Shown here piece by piece: positions 13,436 to 26,333 of a DNA stretch of 64,000 bases. This stretch comes from Azolla caroliniana (taxonomy: Eukaryota; Plantae; Polypodiophyta). Positions within the stretch are counted from its first letter, which is position 1. The number at the start of each line of letters is the position of its first letter. Made by a program: the position numbers and the translations under genes. Below the pieces are notes generated by a model. It did no database searches, was not told the origin of the DNA, and saw nothing but the letters and a program-made list of their open reading frames with translations. Location: contig JBHGNT010000005.1 of assembly GCA_043228905.1 (NCBI GenBank), positions 23,002,001-23,066,000 of the forward strand, written 5' to 3'.

Positions 13436-14341
13436 GTCCAGCCAAAATAGGAGCCGTTTGGTTGGACAGCCCTAGATCTGTGCAGCCCATTAGTGGTTCC
13501 ATTCCCTCTAAGCAAGTTAGTGATGTGTTCGTAGCCCAAGTAGCAGTTAGTACTAAAAGTACCCCTCCAGTACATACCTTAGCCCTTCTAGATTCCGGAG
13601 CTAATTCTTGCTTCATGGATAGGAATTTTGCCCGAGCTCATCAGATATCTCTCAGAAAGCTTCCATGTCCAGCCTCAGTAATAGTCATTGATGGTCGTCC
13701 CATTGCTTCTGGTAATATCATAGAAGAGTCGGAACCCGTTAATATTGTCCTAGATAACTTAACATGTGTAGTATCATTTAATATTATTAGTATTCCAGAA
13801 CATCCCATAGTTTTAGGATTACCATGGTTCGAGTTACATAACCCAGACATAGATTGGAGGACAAGGGAAATCCGGTTGCGACAAACCCAAGGATCTACCC
13901 AGAAGGTTGCAACCATTTCGCTACGTCAGTTGCGTGAGGAAGGGCGCAAGGAGGAAATGTTTCTCTTCGCAATATCAGTACAACCCTCCAGCACCACCAA
14001 AGAGGAGTCCACCGTTCAACTTCCCGAGAAGTATCGTCAGTATGCTGATGTGTTCGATAAAGTACAAGCCAACACACTTCCTCATCATCGGCCGTACGAT
14101 TGCGCCATCGACTTACAACCGGGAAAAGAGCCGCCATGGGGGCCGATCTACAATTTGTCACCAACCGAGCTAGAAGTCCTTCGAGCCTATATAGAGGAGA
14201 ATTTGGAGAACGGTTTCATTCGGCATTCGAAATCTCCAGCCGGCACACCCATTTTCTTCGTCAAGAAAAAAGATGGCTCGCTTCGACTCGTTGTAGATTA
14301 CCGTGGCTTGAATAAGGTCACAATAAGAAATAGGTATGCTC

Positions 14342-17300
14342 TGTTGTGAATCAGCGTCTTCGATTCACCTTCTCCGTCCGGCCACAACCGAGTAATCGCG
14401 GATCAATGCAGCAGAAAATAGGAAATACAGAGAAAGACGCGATACACAAGGATTAACGTGGAAAACCCTATACGGGAAAAACCACGGGAGTGCGAGACTC
14501 CAAACCAAACTATGCACAGAGAAATATACAATGGCGAGCTGCAAGGTAACGACCTTGAACTCGCTGTCCTCGCCACAGGCGGCGGAAATACACAGAGGCG
14601 TCTACCTCTTCGTCTCTCTCTCGCTCTATCTCTCTCTCTCTCTCTCTCGGCTGCTTCCTCTTCACTCCTCTTAAGTGGAAAAACAGAAAATTGAGTAGCA
14701 ACATAAACTGTTTGCCCTAAGTCATATTTATACACATATGACTTTCGGGCTATTTACAAATATAGCCTCAAGGGCCCTTGGCAAACATATTCACAAATAT
14801 GTCCCCGCATCCGGATCTCTCTCCGGGTACATTCGTCATCCGGTTCCGTAACCGGGGTCTTCATCATCCGGATCCGTATCCGGGTACTCTTCATCATCCG
14901 GATCCGCATCCGGGTACACTTCATCCGGCTTCATGCCGGGTGCTCTTCATCATCCGGTTCCGTAACCGCAACCGGGCTTGCCGTCATTTATCTCCGGGGA
15001 CATCCCATCCGGAGGGACCGAAATCCCAACAAACTCCCCCTTCACTTCGGCATGGGATGTCTCTCCAATCCGATTCTCTTCCGGCATGCTTCCAGCTTGT
15101 CGGGTGTGAGCACCTTGGTCAGCATATCCGACCCGTTCTCGTCCGTGTGGATCTTTGTCAGCACGAACTCCTGGTCTTCTATCCTTTCCCGGATCCAGTG
15201 ATATCTTCGCTGGATGTGCTTCGTCCGGGAGTGATAGGCCGCGTTCTTCGCAAGGTGGATTGCACTTTGACTGTCGCAGTAGAGTCGGTACTCCTCCTGC
15301 CGGATACCGAGCTCTCTAATGAAGTCCTTCATCCATATTACTTCCTTGCCGGCTTCAACAGCTGCCATGTACTCCGCCTCCGTGGTTGACAACGCAACCG
15401 TCTTCTGCAGCCTCGACTGCCACGAAACGGCTCCCCCTGCATACGTCATCACATACCCTGACGTGGACCGGCTGGTATCTGCATCAGCCGACATATCCGA
15501 ATCGGTGAAACCGTCGAGTTCGGGTTTACCGGAGCCGAATCGGAGGCACACATTCGCTGTGCCCTTCAGGTATCGGAGTATCCACTTGATCGCGTTCCAA
15601 TGCTCTTTGCCGGGATTGCTCATGTACCGGCTCACCACTCCGACTGCATATCCGATGTCCGGTCTCGTACACACCATGGCGTACATCAAGCTCCCGACGG
15701 CTGAGGCATACGGCACTTTCATCATATCCTCCTTTTCAGCCTTTGTCTTGGGGCTTTGCTTGCTGGACAACTTGCAGTTTGCCGGGAGGGTCGATCCGAC
15801 CGGTCTTGCCTCCGACATGTTGAACCGGTGAAGCACCTTCGTCACGTACTTCTCCTGTGACAGCCACAACTGCTTCTTCTTCCGGTCCCGGATGATGTGC
15901 ATCCCTAATATTTGCCTCGCCTGACCCAGGTCCTTCATTGAGAAGGTTCGGTGAAGAGCCTTCTTCAGCATCCGTATCTTGACCTGGTCCCGTCCGACGA
16001 TCAACATGTCGTCCACGTACAGGAGGAGTATTAGAAAGTCTCCTCCTTCGAACTTCTTCACAAACACGCAGTGGTCGGACTGCGTTTTGAGGTACCCTTC
16101 GTCGGTCATGAAGGAGTCGAACTTCCGGTACCATTGCCGGGGAGCCTGTTTCAGTCCGTAAAGGCTCTTCTTCAACCGGCATACCAGGTGCTCCTTCCCT
16201 TTCTTCTCGAATCCTTCCGGTTGCTGCATGTATATCTCTTCTTCGAGGTCACCGTGAAGGAATGCCGTCTTCACGTCCATCTGTTCTACCTCGAGGTCCA
16301 TGCTTGCCGCTATGCTCAGCACCGTCCGAATGGAGGTCATCTTCACCACCGGGGCGAATATCTCGTCGAAGTCGACGCCCTTCTTCTGCTGAAACCCCTT
16401 CACCACGATCCTGGCTTTGTATCTCGAGGGGTTTCCGGCATCTCCCGGTTTCAGCTTGAACACCCACTTGTTTCGAAGTGCCCGCTTTCCTTTCGGCAAC
16501 TCCACAAGTTCATATGTGTGGTTCTCATGCAGGGAATCCATCTCGTCCTGCATGGCACTCAACCACCTGCGGCTCTTGGTGTCATGCTTTGCTTCTTCAA
16601 AGCTCTCCGGTTCCCCCTCGTCGGTTAGCAGCACGTGCTCTGGTTCCGGAAATCTCCGGGGGGCCCTTCTCTCTCTTAGAGGATATCTCCGTTCCGGAGC
16701 TTCGGTAACCGGTTCTTCCGATTCTTCTTCATCCGAATCCATTTCGGGATCGGGGCCGGTTCCGATATCATTTTCATCTTCTTCGGCCGGTTCTGTTTCT
16801 TCACCGTCTTCGGCCGGATCCTCGAGTGCTAACCGGTCCCTTGCCGGTCGGGACTGCTCCTCGTAGAGTTGATTCTCACCGGTCGACTTGGAGCTCTTCA
16901 TCTTCTTCTCCGACTCCCAGTCGGCAAGTGTCTTGTCCTCCATGAAGATGATATCACGACTCCTGAATATCTTCTTGTCGACCGGGTCCCATACTCGGTA
17001 GCCGAACTCGTCGTCGCCGTAACCGAGGAGTATGCATGGACGGGTCTTTGGATCTAGCTTTCCTCTCCGGTCCTTTGCCACATGCACATATGCGAGACAC
17101 CCGAACACCTTCAGATGCCGGTAGGATACTTCCCTACCGGTCCACACTCTCTGCGGCGTGTCTCCGTCCAAAGGTACTGAGGGTGATCTATTTATCACAT
17201 ATGTCGCCGTCGACATTGCCTCAACCCAAAATCCCTTGGGTAATTTCGCATGCGCCAGCATACTCCGGACCCTCTCCATTATGGTCCGGTTCATCCTCTC

Positions 17301-19834
17301 GGCCAGCCCGTTCAGTTCCGGCGTCTTCGGCACTGTAAACTCGAGTCGGATTCCCTTCGAGCGACAGTACTCCTGGAACTGCCCCCGGTATTCCCCTCCG
17401 TTATCCGCTCGTATCGCTTTCAGCTTCTTGCCGGATTCTCTTTCCACTCTTGCATGGAGTTCTTTGAAGACGGACAACACTTGGTCCTTTGTCTTCAACG
17501 GTGCCGTCCACAGTCTTCGGCTGTGATCATCTATGAAGGTTACGAAGTACTGGGCTCCGCCATGTGACTTCGTTTCTACCTGACACACATCAGTGTGCAC
17601 CAACTCCAATGGTGCGCCACGTCTCGTCGGTGGCCTTGAGTGGAAAGAGGTTCGGTTCTGCTTACCGGCCAGGCAATCGGTGCACTTCTCCAGGTGCACA
17701 TGCTTCACTGGAATAAGGTTGTCTTCTGCAAGCCTCTTCATCCCTTTCTCACTCATGTGGCACAGTCTCTTGTGCCACAGCTCACCGGCAGTGTCGGCTG
17801 CCACGTTCAGCTCCTCCGGACATAGCCGGGAATTCATCAGGTACAGTGTGTTGACCTTCCGGGCCCGAGCCACTATCAGGCTCCCCTTGCTGAACTTCAT
17901 GACACCGTTCCGGATGCTACCCGTGTAGCCTTCATCATCTAGCCTCCCAGCCGAGATCAGGTTCAATCGGACCTCCGGAACGTGTCGCACATCCTTCAGC
18001 AGCATCTTGCATCCGGTTGATGTCATCAGCCACACGTCTCCTATGCCGGCAATCCGGCATGTACCTTCATTTCCCATCCGGACACAGCCGTGCTCACCGG
18101 CTGTGTAGGATGAGAAGTATTTCTTCTCCGGGGTCAGATGGAACGATGCTCCGGAATCGACCACCCAGGTCATCTCCTCACCGGCAAGGTTCAGCTCCGT
18201 CTCTTCGGTAATGAGCATTATCTCTTCTTCACTTGCCGCGAGTGCTGTCGTTCCTTTCCGGTCCTGCCCTCGCCGATCCGGACCTCTCCGGTCCGTGGCT
18301 CCCCGGTATGCACCGTTTCTCTCCGGTGACTTCTTCGAATCGGTGTCGTCGGCTCCGTTGTCTTTTCGGTAATGCCGACAATTCTTCCGGAAGTGCCCCG
18401 GCTTCCCACAGTGGAAGCATGTGGGTCTTCCTCTTGATTGCGACCGGGTCCCCGACTTCTCCCGTCTTTGCGGACTCCGGTTCCATTGTCTTCCCCGTTC
18501 CGATTCGGTAAGCAGCGCCTTCGAGTCGGAGGCCGGTTCCTTATCTCTCCGACGCGCTTCTTCATTTAGAATACTTGTCTTTACCGTTTGTAGAGACAAG
18601 TTGTCTTCGGTGCAGGAGGTGCTGAGAGTCACCACCAAGTTCTCCCAGCTTTCCGGCAATGTACACATCAGGATGATGGCTTGCATTGCATCCTCCAACG
18701 GGAACTTGATCGCCGCAAGCTGATTCACGAATCCCATGAACGTGCTTACGTGTTCCACCATACTCTCGCCGTCCCGGTACTTGAGATTCACTATCTTCCT
18801 CATCAGGGAGGTCCGGTTCAACGCATTCTTCCTCTCGTAGAGGCCCGACAGCTTCTTCCACATCTCGTATGCGTTGGTGTCGTTCGCCACGTGTTGTAGT
18901 ACGCTTACATCGACATATTGTCGGATCGTCGCTACGGCTTTCCGGTTCAGGAGCTTCCACTCCGACTCAAGTACCCCTTTCGGTATTTCCGACCTGTCAA
19001 TCGGTTCGTACAGGTCCCGAACAATCAGAAGATCCTCCATCTTGATCTTCCAGTCGGCGTAATTCTGTGCATTCAGCACCATCATCATCGGCTGTGCGCT
19101 GCCGCCGCCTTCCATTTTCTGCAACAGTCGCTCTGATACCAGTTTGTTGTGAATCAGCGTCTTCGATTCACCTTCTCCGTCCGGCCACAACCGAGTAATC
19201 GCGGATCAATGCAGCAGAAAATAGGAAATACAGAGAAAGACGCGATACACAAGGATTAACGTGGAAAACCCTATACGGGAAAAACCACGGGAGTGCGAGA
19301 CTCCAAACCAAACTATGCACAGAGAAATATACAATGGCGAGCTGCAAGGTAACGACCTTGAACTCGCTGTCCTCGCCACAGGCGGCGGAAATACACAGAG
19401 GCGTCTACCTCTTCGTCTCTCTCTCGCTCTATCTCTCTCTCTCTCTCTCTCGGCTGCTTCTTCTTCACTCCTCTTAAGTGGAAAAACAGAAAATTGAGTA
19501 GCAACATAAACTGTTTGCCCTAAGTCATATTTATACACATATGACTTTCGGGCTATTTACAAATATAGCCTCAAGGGCCCTTGGCAAACATATTCACAAA
19601 TATGTCCCCGCATCCGGATCTCTCTCCGGGTACATTCGTCATCCGGTTCCGTAACCGGGGTCTTCATCATCCGGATCCGTATCCGGGTACTCTTCATCAT
19701 CCGGATCCGCATCCGGGTACACTTCATCCGGCTTCATGCCGGGTGCTCTTCATCATCCGGTTCCGTAACCGCAACCGGGCTTGCCGTCATTTATCTCCGG
19801 GGACATCCCATCCGGAGGGACCGAAATCCCAACA
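14342..19834 (-). mobile_element. complete, young Ty1/copia LTR retrotransposon (element 2)
   Basis: 690-bp LTRs 14342-15031 and 19145-19834 (one visible mismatch, 14658/19461); 5-bp TSD TGCTC; tRNA-Met PBS 19141-19130; PPT 15044-15032. Confidence 0.97.
15042..19115 (-). CDS. intact copia Gag-Pol polyprotein (~1357 aa from ATG 19115)
   Basis: uninterrupted ORF: CCHC, DSGAS, integrase DDE, RT MDVKTAFLHG...LYVDDM, RNase H DSD...EAEY...CDSQ. Confidence 0.95.
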   Translation of the reverse strand: MEGGGSAQPMMMVLNAQNYADWKIKMEDLLIVRDLYEPIDRSEIPKGVLESEWKLLNRKAVATIRQYVDVSVLQHVANDTNAYEMWKKLSGLYERKNALNRTSLMRKIVNLKYRDGESMVEHVSTFMGFVNQLAAIKFPLEDAMQAIILMCTLPESWENLVVTLSTSCTEDNLSLQTVKTSILNEEARRRDKEPASDSKALLTESERGRQWNRSPQRREKSGTRSQSRGRPTCFHCGKPGHFRKNCRHYRKDNGADDTDSKKSPERNGAYRGATDRRGPDRRGQDRKGTTALAASEEEIMLITEETELNLAGEEMTWVVDSGASFHLTPEKKYFSSYTAGEHGCVRMGNEGTCRIAGIGDVWLMTSTGCKMLLKDVRHVPEVRLNLISAGRLDDEGYTGSIRNGVMKFSKGSLIVARARKVNTLYLMNSRLCPEELNVAADTAGELWHKRLCHMSEKGMKRLAEDNLIPVKHVHLEKCTDCLAGKQNRTSFHSRPPTRRGAPLELVHTDVCQVETKSHGGAQYFVTFIDDHSRRLWTAPLKTKDQVLSVFKELHARVERESGKKLKAIRADNGGEYRGQFQEYCRSKGIRLEFTVPKTPELNGLAERMNRTIMERVRSMLAHAKLPKGFWVEAMSTATYVINRSPSVPLDGDTPQRVWTGREVSYRHLKVFGCLAYVHVAKDRRGKLDPKTRPCILLGYGDDEFGYRVWDPVDKKIFRSRDIIFMEDKTLADWESEKKMKSSKSTGENQLYEEQSRPARDRLALEDPAEDGEETEPAEEDENDIGTGPDPEMDSDEEESEEPVTEAPERRYPLRERRAPRRFPEPEHVLLTDEGEPESFEEAKHDTKSRRWLSAMQDEMDSLHENHTYELVELPKGKRALRNKWVFKLKPGDAGNPSRYKARIVVKGFQQKKGVDFDEIFAPVVKMTSIRTVLSIAASMDLEVEQMDVKTAFLHGDLEEEIYMQQPEGFEKKGKEHLVCRLKKSLYGLKQAPRQWYRKFDSFMTDEGYLKTQSDHCVFVKKFEGGDFLILLLYVDDMLIVGRDQVKIRMLKKALHRTFSMKDLGQARQILGMHIIRDRKKKQLWLSQEKYVTKVLHRFNMSEARPVGSTLPANCKLSSKQSPKTKAEKEDMMKVPYASAVGSLMYAMVCTRPDIGYAVGVVSRYMSNPGKEHWNAIKWILRYLKGTANVCLRFGSGKPELDGFTDSDMSADADTSRSTSGYVMTYAGGAVSWQSRLQKTVALSTTEAEYMAAVEAGKEVIWMKDFIRELGIRQEEYRLYCDSQSAIHLAKNAAYHSRTKHIQRRYHWIRERIEDQEFVLTKIHTDENGSDMLTKVLTPDKLEACRKRIGLERHPMPK

Positions 19835-22509
19835 TGCTCTTCCCCTTATCTCAAGTCTTTTAGAACGGATCAACGGTGCCAGGTTCTTCACGAAGATCGA
19901 CTTACGAGGAGCCTATAACCTCGTACGGATCCGACCAGGAGATGAATGGAAGACCGCGTTTCGCACCAGATATGGGCACTTCGAGTATACGGTCATGCCG
20001 TTCGGACTCACTAATGCGCCGGTAGTCTTCCAACACATGGCGAATGATATATTTCGAGATCTCTTGGATGATTTTTTGATCATCTATTTGGATGATCTAC
20101 TGGTTTATTCAAAGACCCAAGAAGAACATGATTCTCATGTACTATTAGTACTAAATCGACTTCGAGAACATGGTCTATATGCAAAGTTAGAGAAATGTAG
20201 TTTCGGGTGCAACCAAGTGGAATTTCTCGGGCTATGTCATCTCCTCAGAAGGCATATCCATGGACCCAGCCAAGGTCAAAACGGTGATAGAATGGCACAC
20301 TCCGCGTTCGGTGCGGGATGTGCAATGCTTCCTAGGCTTTGCAAATTTTTACCGGAAGTTCATACAAAATTACTCAAAAATTGTGCTGCCTCTCACACAG
20401 CTCACCAGGAAGAGACAATCATTCATTTGGTCTAAAGAGACGGACATGGCTTTCGAGAGTCTTAAGAAGGCGTTTACATCAGCTCCAATTTTAGGTCATG
20501 TGGATCCGGAAAAACCATTCATTATCGAAGCTGACGCATCGGATTTCGCATTGGGGAGCATTCTGTCACAACAGGGTAACGACGAGAAGCTACATCCTGT
20601 GGCTTTCCACTCCCGTAAGTTTGACGCCGCCGAAATCAACTACGAAATTCATGATAAAGAGCTATTAGCAATAGTTGATTCTTTTATGCAATGGAGGCAT
20701 TTCCTGGAGGGATCTCCTCATCAGGTCACTGTATTCAGTGACCACAAGAACCTTGCCTACTTTCAAGATGCTCGTGTACTGAATCGACGTCAAGCTCGGT
20801 GGGCCCACTTCCTCACACGCTTCGACTTCAAAATTACATATCGTCCGGGGAAGCACCAAGGGAAGGCAGATGCATTATCACGGCGTTCGTATCTAACACC
20901 ACGTCCCGGTGAGCCAGCCTTCGATAACCAGAAGCAAGTAATCTTGGGTCCAGCACGACTGCAAGCAGCACAGGTCTTTGACATGCCCGTGGATTCCGAC
21001 ATTACCAATACTATACGTGAGGACTTGAAGACTGACGCTTTCGCCCAAGCTATACTAGCACAAATTGACCCCTCTCGAGCGTCATGTTCACAATCACAAT
21101 CACCAGGTACGGATTATCGGCAATTCAAATACTGTGATGGATTACTCTTCTTTAAAGAACTTTTGTATGTTCCTAATGGTTCTTGCCGCCTTCGAGTAGT
21201 ACAAAACTGCCATGACACATATACAGCAGGACATTTTGGTAGTACTAAAACATTAGATTTAGTACAACGATCATTTTGGTGGCCCCGTATGCGACAATTT
21301 GTCGAAGATTTTGTTCGGACTTGCGATACATGCTGCAGAGCGAAAATGCCAAGACATCATCCATATGGTTTATTAGAACCATTACCAATTCCAAGCAAGC
21401 CATGGCAATCCATTGCTCTTGACTTCATTACAGATCTTCCAGTCTCTAAGGGATTCAGTGCGATTCTCACAGTGGTGGATCGATATACGAAGATGGCTCA
21501 TTTCTTACCATGTACTAAAGAAATATCTAGTGAAGACACCGCCGAAATTGTCATGCGGGAAGTATGTCGGCATCATGGACTCCCTGATAATATCATCAGC
21601 GATCGTGGACCCCAGTTTGTGTCAAAATTCTGGAAGCACCTTTTTAAAATGCTGAAGGTCACTTGTAACCTCTCCTCCGGCTACCACCCACAAACCGACG
21701 GTCAAGCCGAACGAACAAATCAAACACTGGAGCAGTATCTGCGGTGCTTTCTCAACTATCATCAGAATGACTGGGCAGATATTCTTCAGTTCGCCGAATT
21801 TGCCTATAATAACGCTATCCACGCATCGACTAAAGTCACGCCATTCTACGCTTATACGGGATATCATCCCCGGTGGTGTGTCCTTGAAACCCCAGAAATG
21901 TCCACAAATCCTTGCGCGGAGGATCGTTTGGAGCAGTTACGCAAGATACAAGCGGATTTATCTACTCAACTCCAGCAAGCTCAACAATCACACAAGGACT
22001 ACGCAGATCGTCATCGACTTCCATCCAGTTTTAACATTGGAGATCGGGTGTGGCTGCTACGACGACACATCAAGACTACTCGCCCATGTGAGAAGTTGGA
22101 TTATCGGCGATTAGGTCCTTTCCGTATTATCGGGAAGATTAATGATGTCGCTTTTCGTCTCGAGCTACCTCCGCAACTTCGGATACATCCGGTGTTTCAT
22201 AGTTCTCTCCTCGAACCCTATCACGAGAGCACTGTCCCAGGACGTACTATACAACCACCACCTCCTATTGAGCTCGAAGATGGACCTGAGTATGAGGTCG
22301 CTGCCATCCTCGATTCCAAGATTGTTCGCAACAAGCTCTACTATCTAGTCGATTGGCTAGGATATAGTCCCAGGAGCGTACTTGGGAACCGATCGAGAAT
22401 GTGACCAATGCTCGTGCTCTTCTAGAAGACTTCCATCGACGATACCCCGAGAAACCGGGTCCTCAATCCAAAACGACTCGTGGAACTCGTCGTTTTAAAG
22501 GGGGGATAG

Positions 22510-22805
22510 TGTCATAACTAGACTCGAACCCATAACCTTTTGTTACACGGGTCGAGACTTTACCATTAGGTTATGAATTGTAATTTGAAGGATATTATTT
22601 TCATTTAGGTTTTATTGGGAAATTGATGTATATTCCAGATTTCTTTGGAACATTCTAGAAACTTCAGGAGTATTCCTGAAGACACTATAAAAGGAGGCGC
22701 AAGGCATTAGTTCGAACCAAATCGGTTCAACGCCAGTCTTAAGCCTTCTAACTACTGTTGTATATCTTCCTTCATATAATACATATATCTTTCGCATCAT
22801 CATTC

Positions 22806-22837
<32 letters not shown>

Positions 22838-22974
22838 ACTCACTCATTCCTTCTCTCAAAGTTTGACACCTCTCATAGTACTAATCCTTCTCTGTCTTAG
22901 TACTATTCCCCAACAATAGTACTAATCCTTCTTTTAGTACTAATTCCTTCTCTGCCTTAATAGAGTTCCTGACA
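22510..22974 (+). repeat. 3' LTR of the chromovirus
   Basis: TG...CA, preceded by PPT, followed by TSD GGAAC. Confidence 0.95.
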
Positions 22975-23112
22975 GGAACGACGACTGGCCTCACCTTCCA
23001 GTCCACAGTCTTGTACTTGGTGTCTACTCGGGCAGTCCGATCCCGCCCGATCATCTTCCCGAAGTCCGTGATGACTTCGTACATCCTGACAGAATTTTCC
23101 GGAACGACCCGG

Positions 23113-23887
23113 TGTCGTGAAGATTTCCGGCTACGGTGAGAAAACCGGGAGGGACAAATAAGATAACAAAGTGTAAAGGGAAGGGTAATAATCTAAGGTG
23201 CTAAAGGTGCACCACGAAGTTCGTTGAGGCATAAAGGTGATGTGCACTTTATAGGCTAGAGAGAGGTACATGAAGAATGAGTGTAGGGAGTAATGGGCAT
23301 TGAGTATGACGGCGAGAGGAGAGGGAGTTAAGTCCCATCAATCTCACTCCCCCCCCACCCCCAAGATCGAGGTCAAATATTCTCCTTTCAAAGAAAGGGG
23401 ATTTGACCACTCCCGTTGTATTGTGTCTCACCCCTTACTACTATAAAAGGGAGTGAGGGGTCACTTGTGAAGGGGTTGCCTATTTTGAGTGAGAGAGGTA
23501 TACCACTTAGGTTGAGGGTTTCTATTTTCGTTTTAGGGTTTCGTCTAGGGTTTTACTATTCTTCTTCTTCTTCATAGCATTTCGGATTTAGTGTTTGCTT
23601 AGGGTTTCTTCTTCATCATCTTCTTTACTTTACTTATCCGGTTAGGGTTTTCTTGTAGTCATTTTGGTGCGGCCTATGCGGCCATGGTTGTAATCATTCG
23701 CAGGGTCTTAATATAACTTGTTGTGTATCTTGCCACCATATATCTTCTTGTTCCATCCATTCTATGTTTATGTTCTAATCTTTCTCCTCTCCTCTCGAGC
23801 TAAGCGTCCATTCCCCCTCTACTCCCTAGTCCAAGACCCCCGCGGTCCCGCCTAAGATCTTACACGTACTCGCGGAAAACCGCGACA
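23113..23887 (+). mobile_element. solo LTR, Trp-primed Ty3 family
   Basis: TGTCGTGAAG...CGCGACA; TSD CCGG/CCAG; TATAAAA ~23442; family U5 motif GTCCAAGACCCCCGCGGTCCCGC. Confidence 0.8.
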
Positions 23888-26333
23888 CCAGTCGTCGCTA
23901 AGATCCTCTTCGACTATCTTCGTGATCACCCCAAGGGTGTCATTGAATGAGACCGTCTCCATGGCGCTACTGATCTCGTCGTGGGAGCCTAAGGCGCCAC
24001 ATGCCTTCAAGTGTCCTTCGACTTGTTTCTTCTCCTGGCCACCGATGCCAGGTGTGTTACAATCTCCATTAATAGAGGGCCAAAAACTCCTAACTAGTGT
24101 ACAGGTGTGGGGTTTCTTCTGGTTGTCTGGACTACCGCGGCCGCACGCCTTGATAGTCCTCTTCAAAATCCTCTCTGCTATCGTTGCGAAGAGTGTCACG
24201 ATTCCTCTTGTGGTTGGGCCGAACCGTCAAAAATTGGACGGAATGCTGACCGTCCTGGCTCTTCACGCGAGCGTACGCCGAACCGTTGTCCAACACTTTG
24301 GTGTCCATACGAGCCACCCTAATGTAGGTTCGCCGAGAATCACAGATGGGAGGATGTATGTTGCACGAAGAAGTGTTGGTGGATATTGACATCCCTGACC
24401 TTTACTCGAACATTCGGGCACGCCTTGTGTAGCTCCTCTATGGCTTGGGTCGCCGCAAGTATCTTCCACACATGCTTGGTGTTGATCAGCCACTGGCCCT
24501 TCTTGTAGAAGTCCAACGACATCAAGTTGATTTCCAATCCGTGGTTGATCAGTGCCACCACCGGCTCCTTCACATCCCCGATCCGGACCAGGGTTTCTGT
24601 CGTCGCTTTGGCCCAATGTGGGTTCATGTAGTGGCTCTCCGGAAACTCCTCTTCCATCGTCACCTCTTCGATGTGGGCCACCTTTACTTTGATCGGCTTC
24701 TCCGGCTCTTTCGAGAGCCACTTCCCCCTTACCAGATCCATGATGGAATTGTGGAACTCCTTCTTAGCGATCCCTAGCACCTCCCTCAATGAGAGTTCCA
24801 CCTTGCTGTCAAGGATTTGTTCCTCCAAGACCTTCCGCAGGTCCCTCTCTCTCTCTATTTCCGAGCTCAACCTGAAGCTCGGTAATTTCATCTTGTCCTC
24901 TGAGCCGGTTGTGCCTCTGTCATTCCTTTTCGGCCCACTCTGGGTCTTGTACTGGTTCGAGGGTCCGGCCCCTCCGGCCCCTCTGGCCTTCCCAACCTGC
25001 TTATCTTCAACCAGAACCTCGTAGTTCTGGCACACAGCGTCCACGAAGCCGGTCTTCTCTTCTACCGGATTGTTCCATCCGGTGCCCTCTTGGACCCCTA
25101 ACTCCACGCAGTCCGCCTCTTTCTTTCGTAGCCTCACCCCCGAGAGCCCTTCCAGTACGAGCAGCCAGAATCCAGTATTGCTTTCGGATGCGGTGCCCTT
25201 CTCTCCAACTACCCGGATCCCTACCGACATCGAGTAGTGAATGGCCTTGGCGTTCCGGGTTGCGGCTTCCTCCATTATTCTCTTCATGCCGCCTCGTCCG
25301 GTGTTCACCTCAAGGGGCCTTTGTGTATCGTACGCATGTACCCGCCCGTTCTAGAGGTACACAACATTGTTCTTAAGCGCCTTGGAGAAATCAGCGTAGT
25401 CTCTCCGGACATGGCCACCAACATCGCACCACATACACCTCTAGTCGAACGACGTCCTCTGGTCGCGCGACTGGCCTCCCCCATCTGTCCGGGCTTGCGG
25501 GATTTGAAGATCGCGCACCATCTTGGTCAGGTCCTCCAAAGCTGCACCTCCGGCTGGTCCTCTGACCACGTTAGCTGGAACCACCCCCAACTCCAACCAT
25601 TGTCTCGTCCCTTTCGACAATGTCGGGATCGGTTCCTCTAGCTGCTTCCCAGTCGCCAAGTCTGTTGCCAACGGACCTGCGTCATTCCAATCACGCCATT
25701 TGTCGACACGAACTCAAACCCTTTTAACCGCGGCCTCAAACTCACCTTGGCCTAGTCGGTCGTGAGCCCTTCGTCCATCTCCAAGAGGAGATCCACCTTC
25801 TCGCGGTCGGGAAAGTCGACCGACTTCACAAAGAGGAGGACCTTGCTCGTATCGAGCACGGTCCGGTCCAGTGTTGAGAGTCGCACGAAGCGCTTTTCAA
25901 ACTCCTGAAGCAACGTCGACGTATTCCGTCCCTTGTTGGGGCTCTCGACCCAATCCATAAATTGCTTCTTCGACAACCGGAGCGAGTCGTCGAAGCCATA
26001 CCTTTCGAGGAGCAACCCCTCAAATTCTACCCAGTTACAACAGTCTGGTTGCATCTTGAGCACCTCGGCGTGGATGCTCGACTTAACGACTCGAGGGAAT
26101 CTGGGTAACCGTCTGTTCATCATTTCGGCCCGGTAGGCCTCCAGGTAGCTCGTCGCGTCTTTGCCATTCTGACCAATCGCATCGACTATCATCTCAATGG
26201 CTATATCGAGGGCGCTCGTGCCCTCACGAGCGTTCACCAAACGGTCGACGGCCAACGTCATTGCCTTTGCTAGTTCACTTCCCCTCATTTTCAAACTCCT
26301 TTACCACCCCTTTCACGCCGGGTTCACCAAAGA

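Larger units (their letters stand above)
13423..22500 (+). pseudogene. pol: chromovirus Pol (PR-RT-RH-IN-chromodomain), split by the copia at 14342-19834, frameshifts at ~20230 and ~22370
   Basis: LLDSGA; NRYA|LPLI across the insertion; YLDD; DASDFA; HPQTDGQAER; GPF; EYEVAAILDS...YLVDWLGY then, in another frame, ERTWEPIEN. Confidence 0.92.
11702..22974 (+). mobile_element. chromodomain Ty3/gypsy (chromovirus, Tcn1/Tf1-like), interrupted by a copia
   Basis: LTRs 11702-12170 and 22510-22974; 5-bp TSD GGAAC (11697-11701, 22975-22979); PPT ~22497-22509; gag, PR, RT, RH, IN, chromodomain. Confidence 0.95.

Noticed and set aside
15042-19190. ORF start at 19190
   Set aside because: lies inside the LTR upstream of the PBS; ATG 19115 matches element 1
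19581-20435. 284-aa ORF fusing an HHPDPHPG-repeat N-terminus to RT
   Set aside because: chance in-frame join of the antisense copia LTR to the interrupted chromovirus pol; frameshifted soon after
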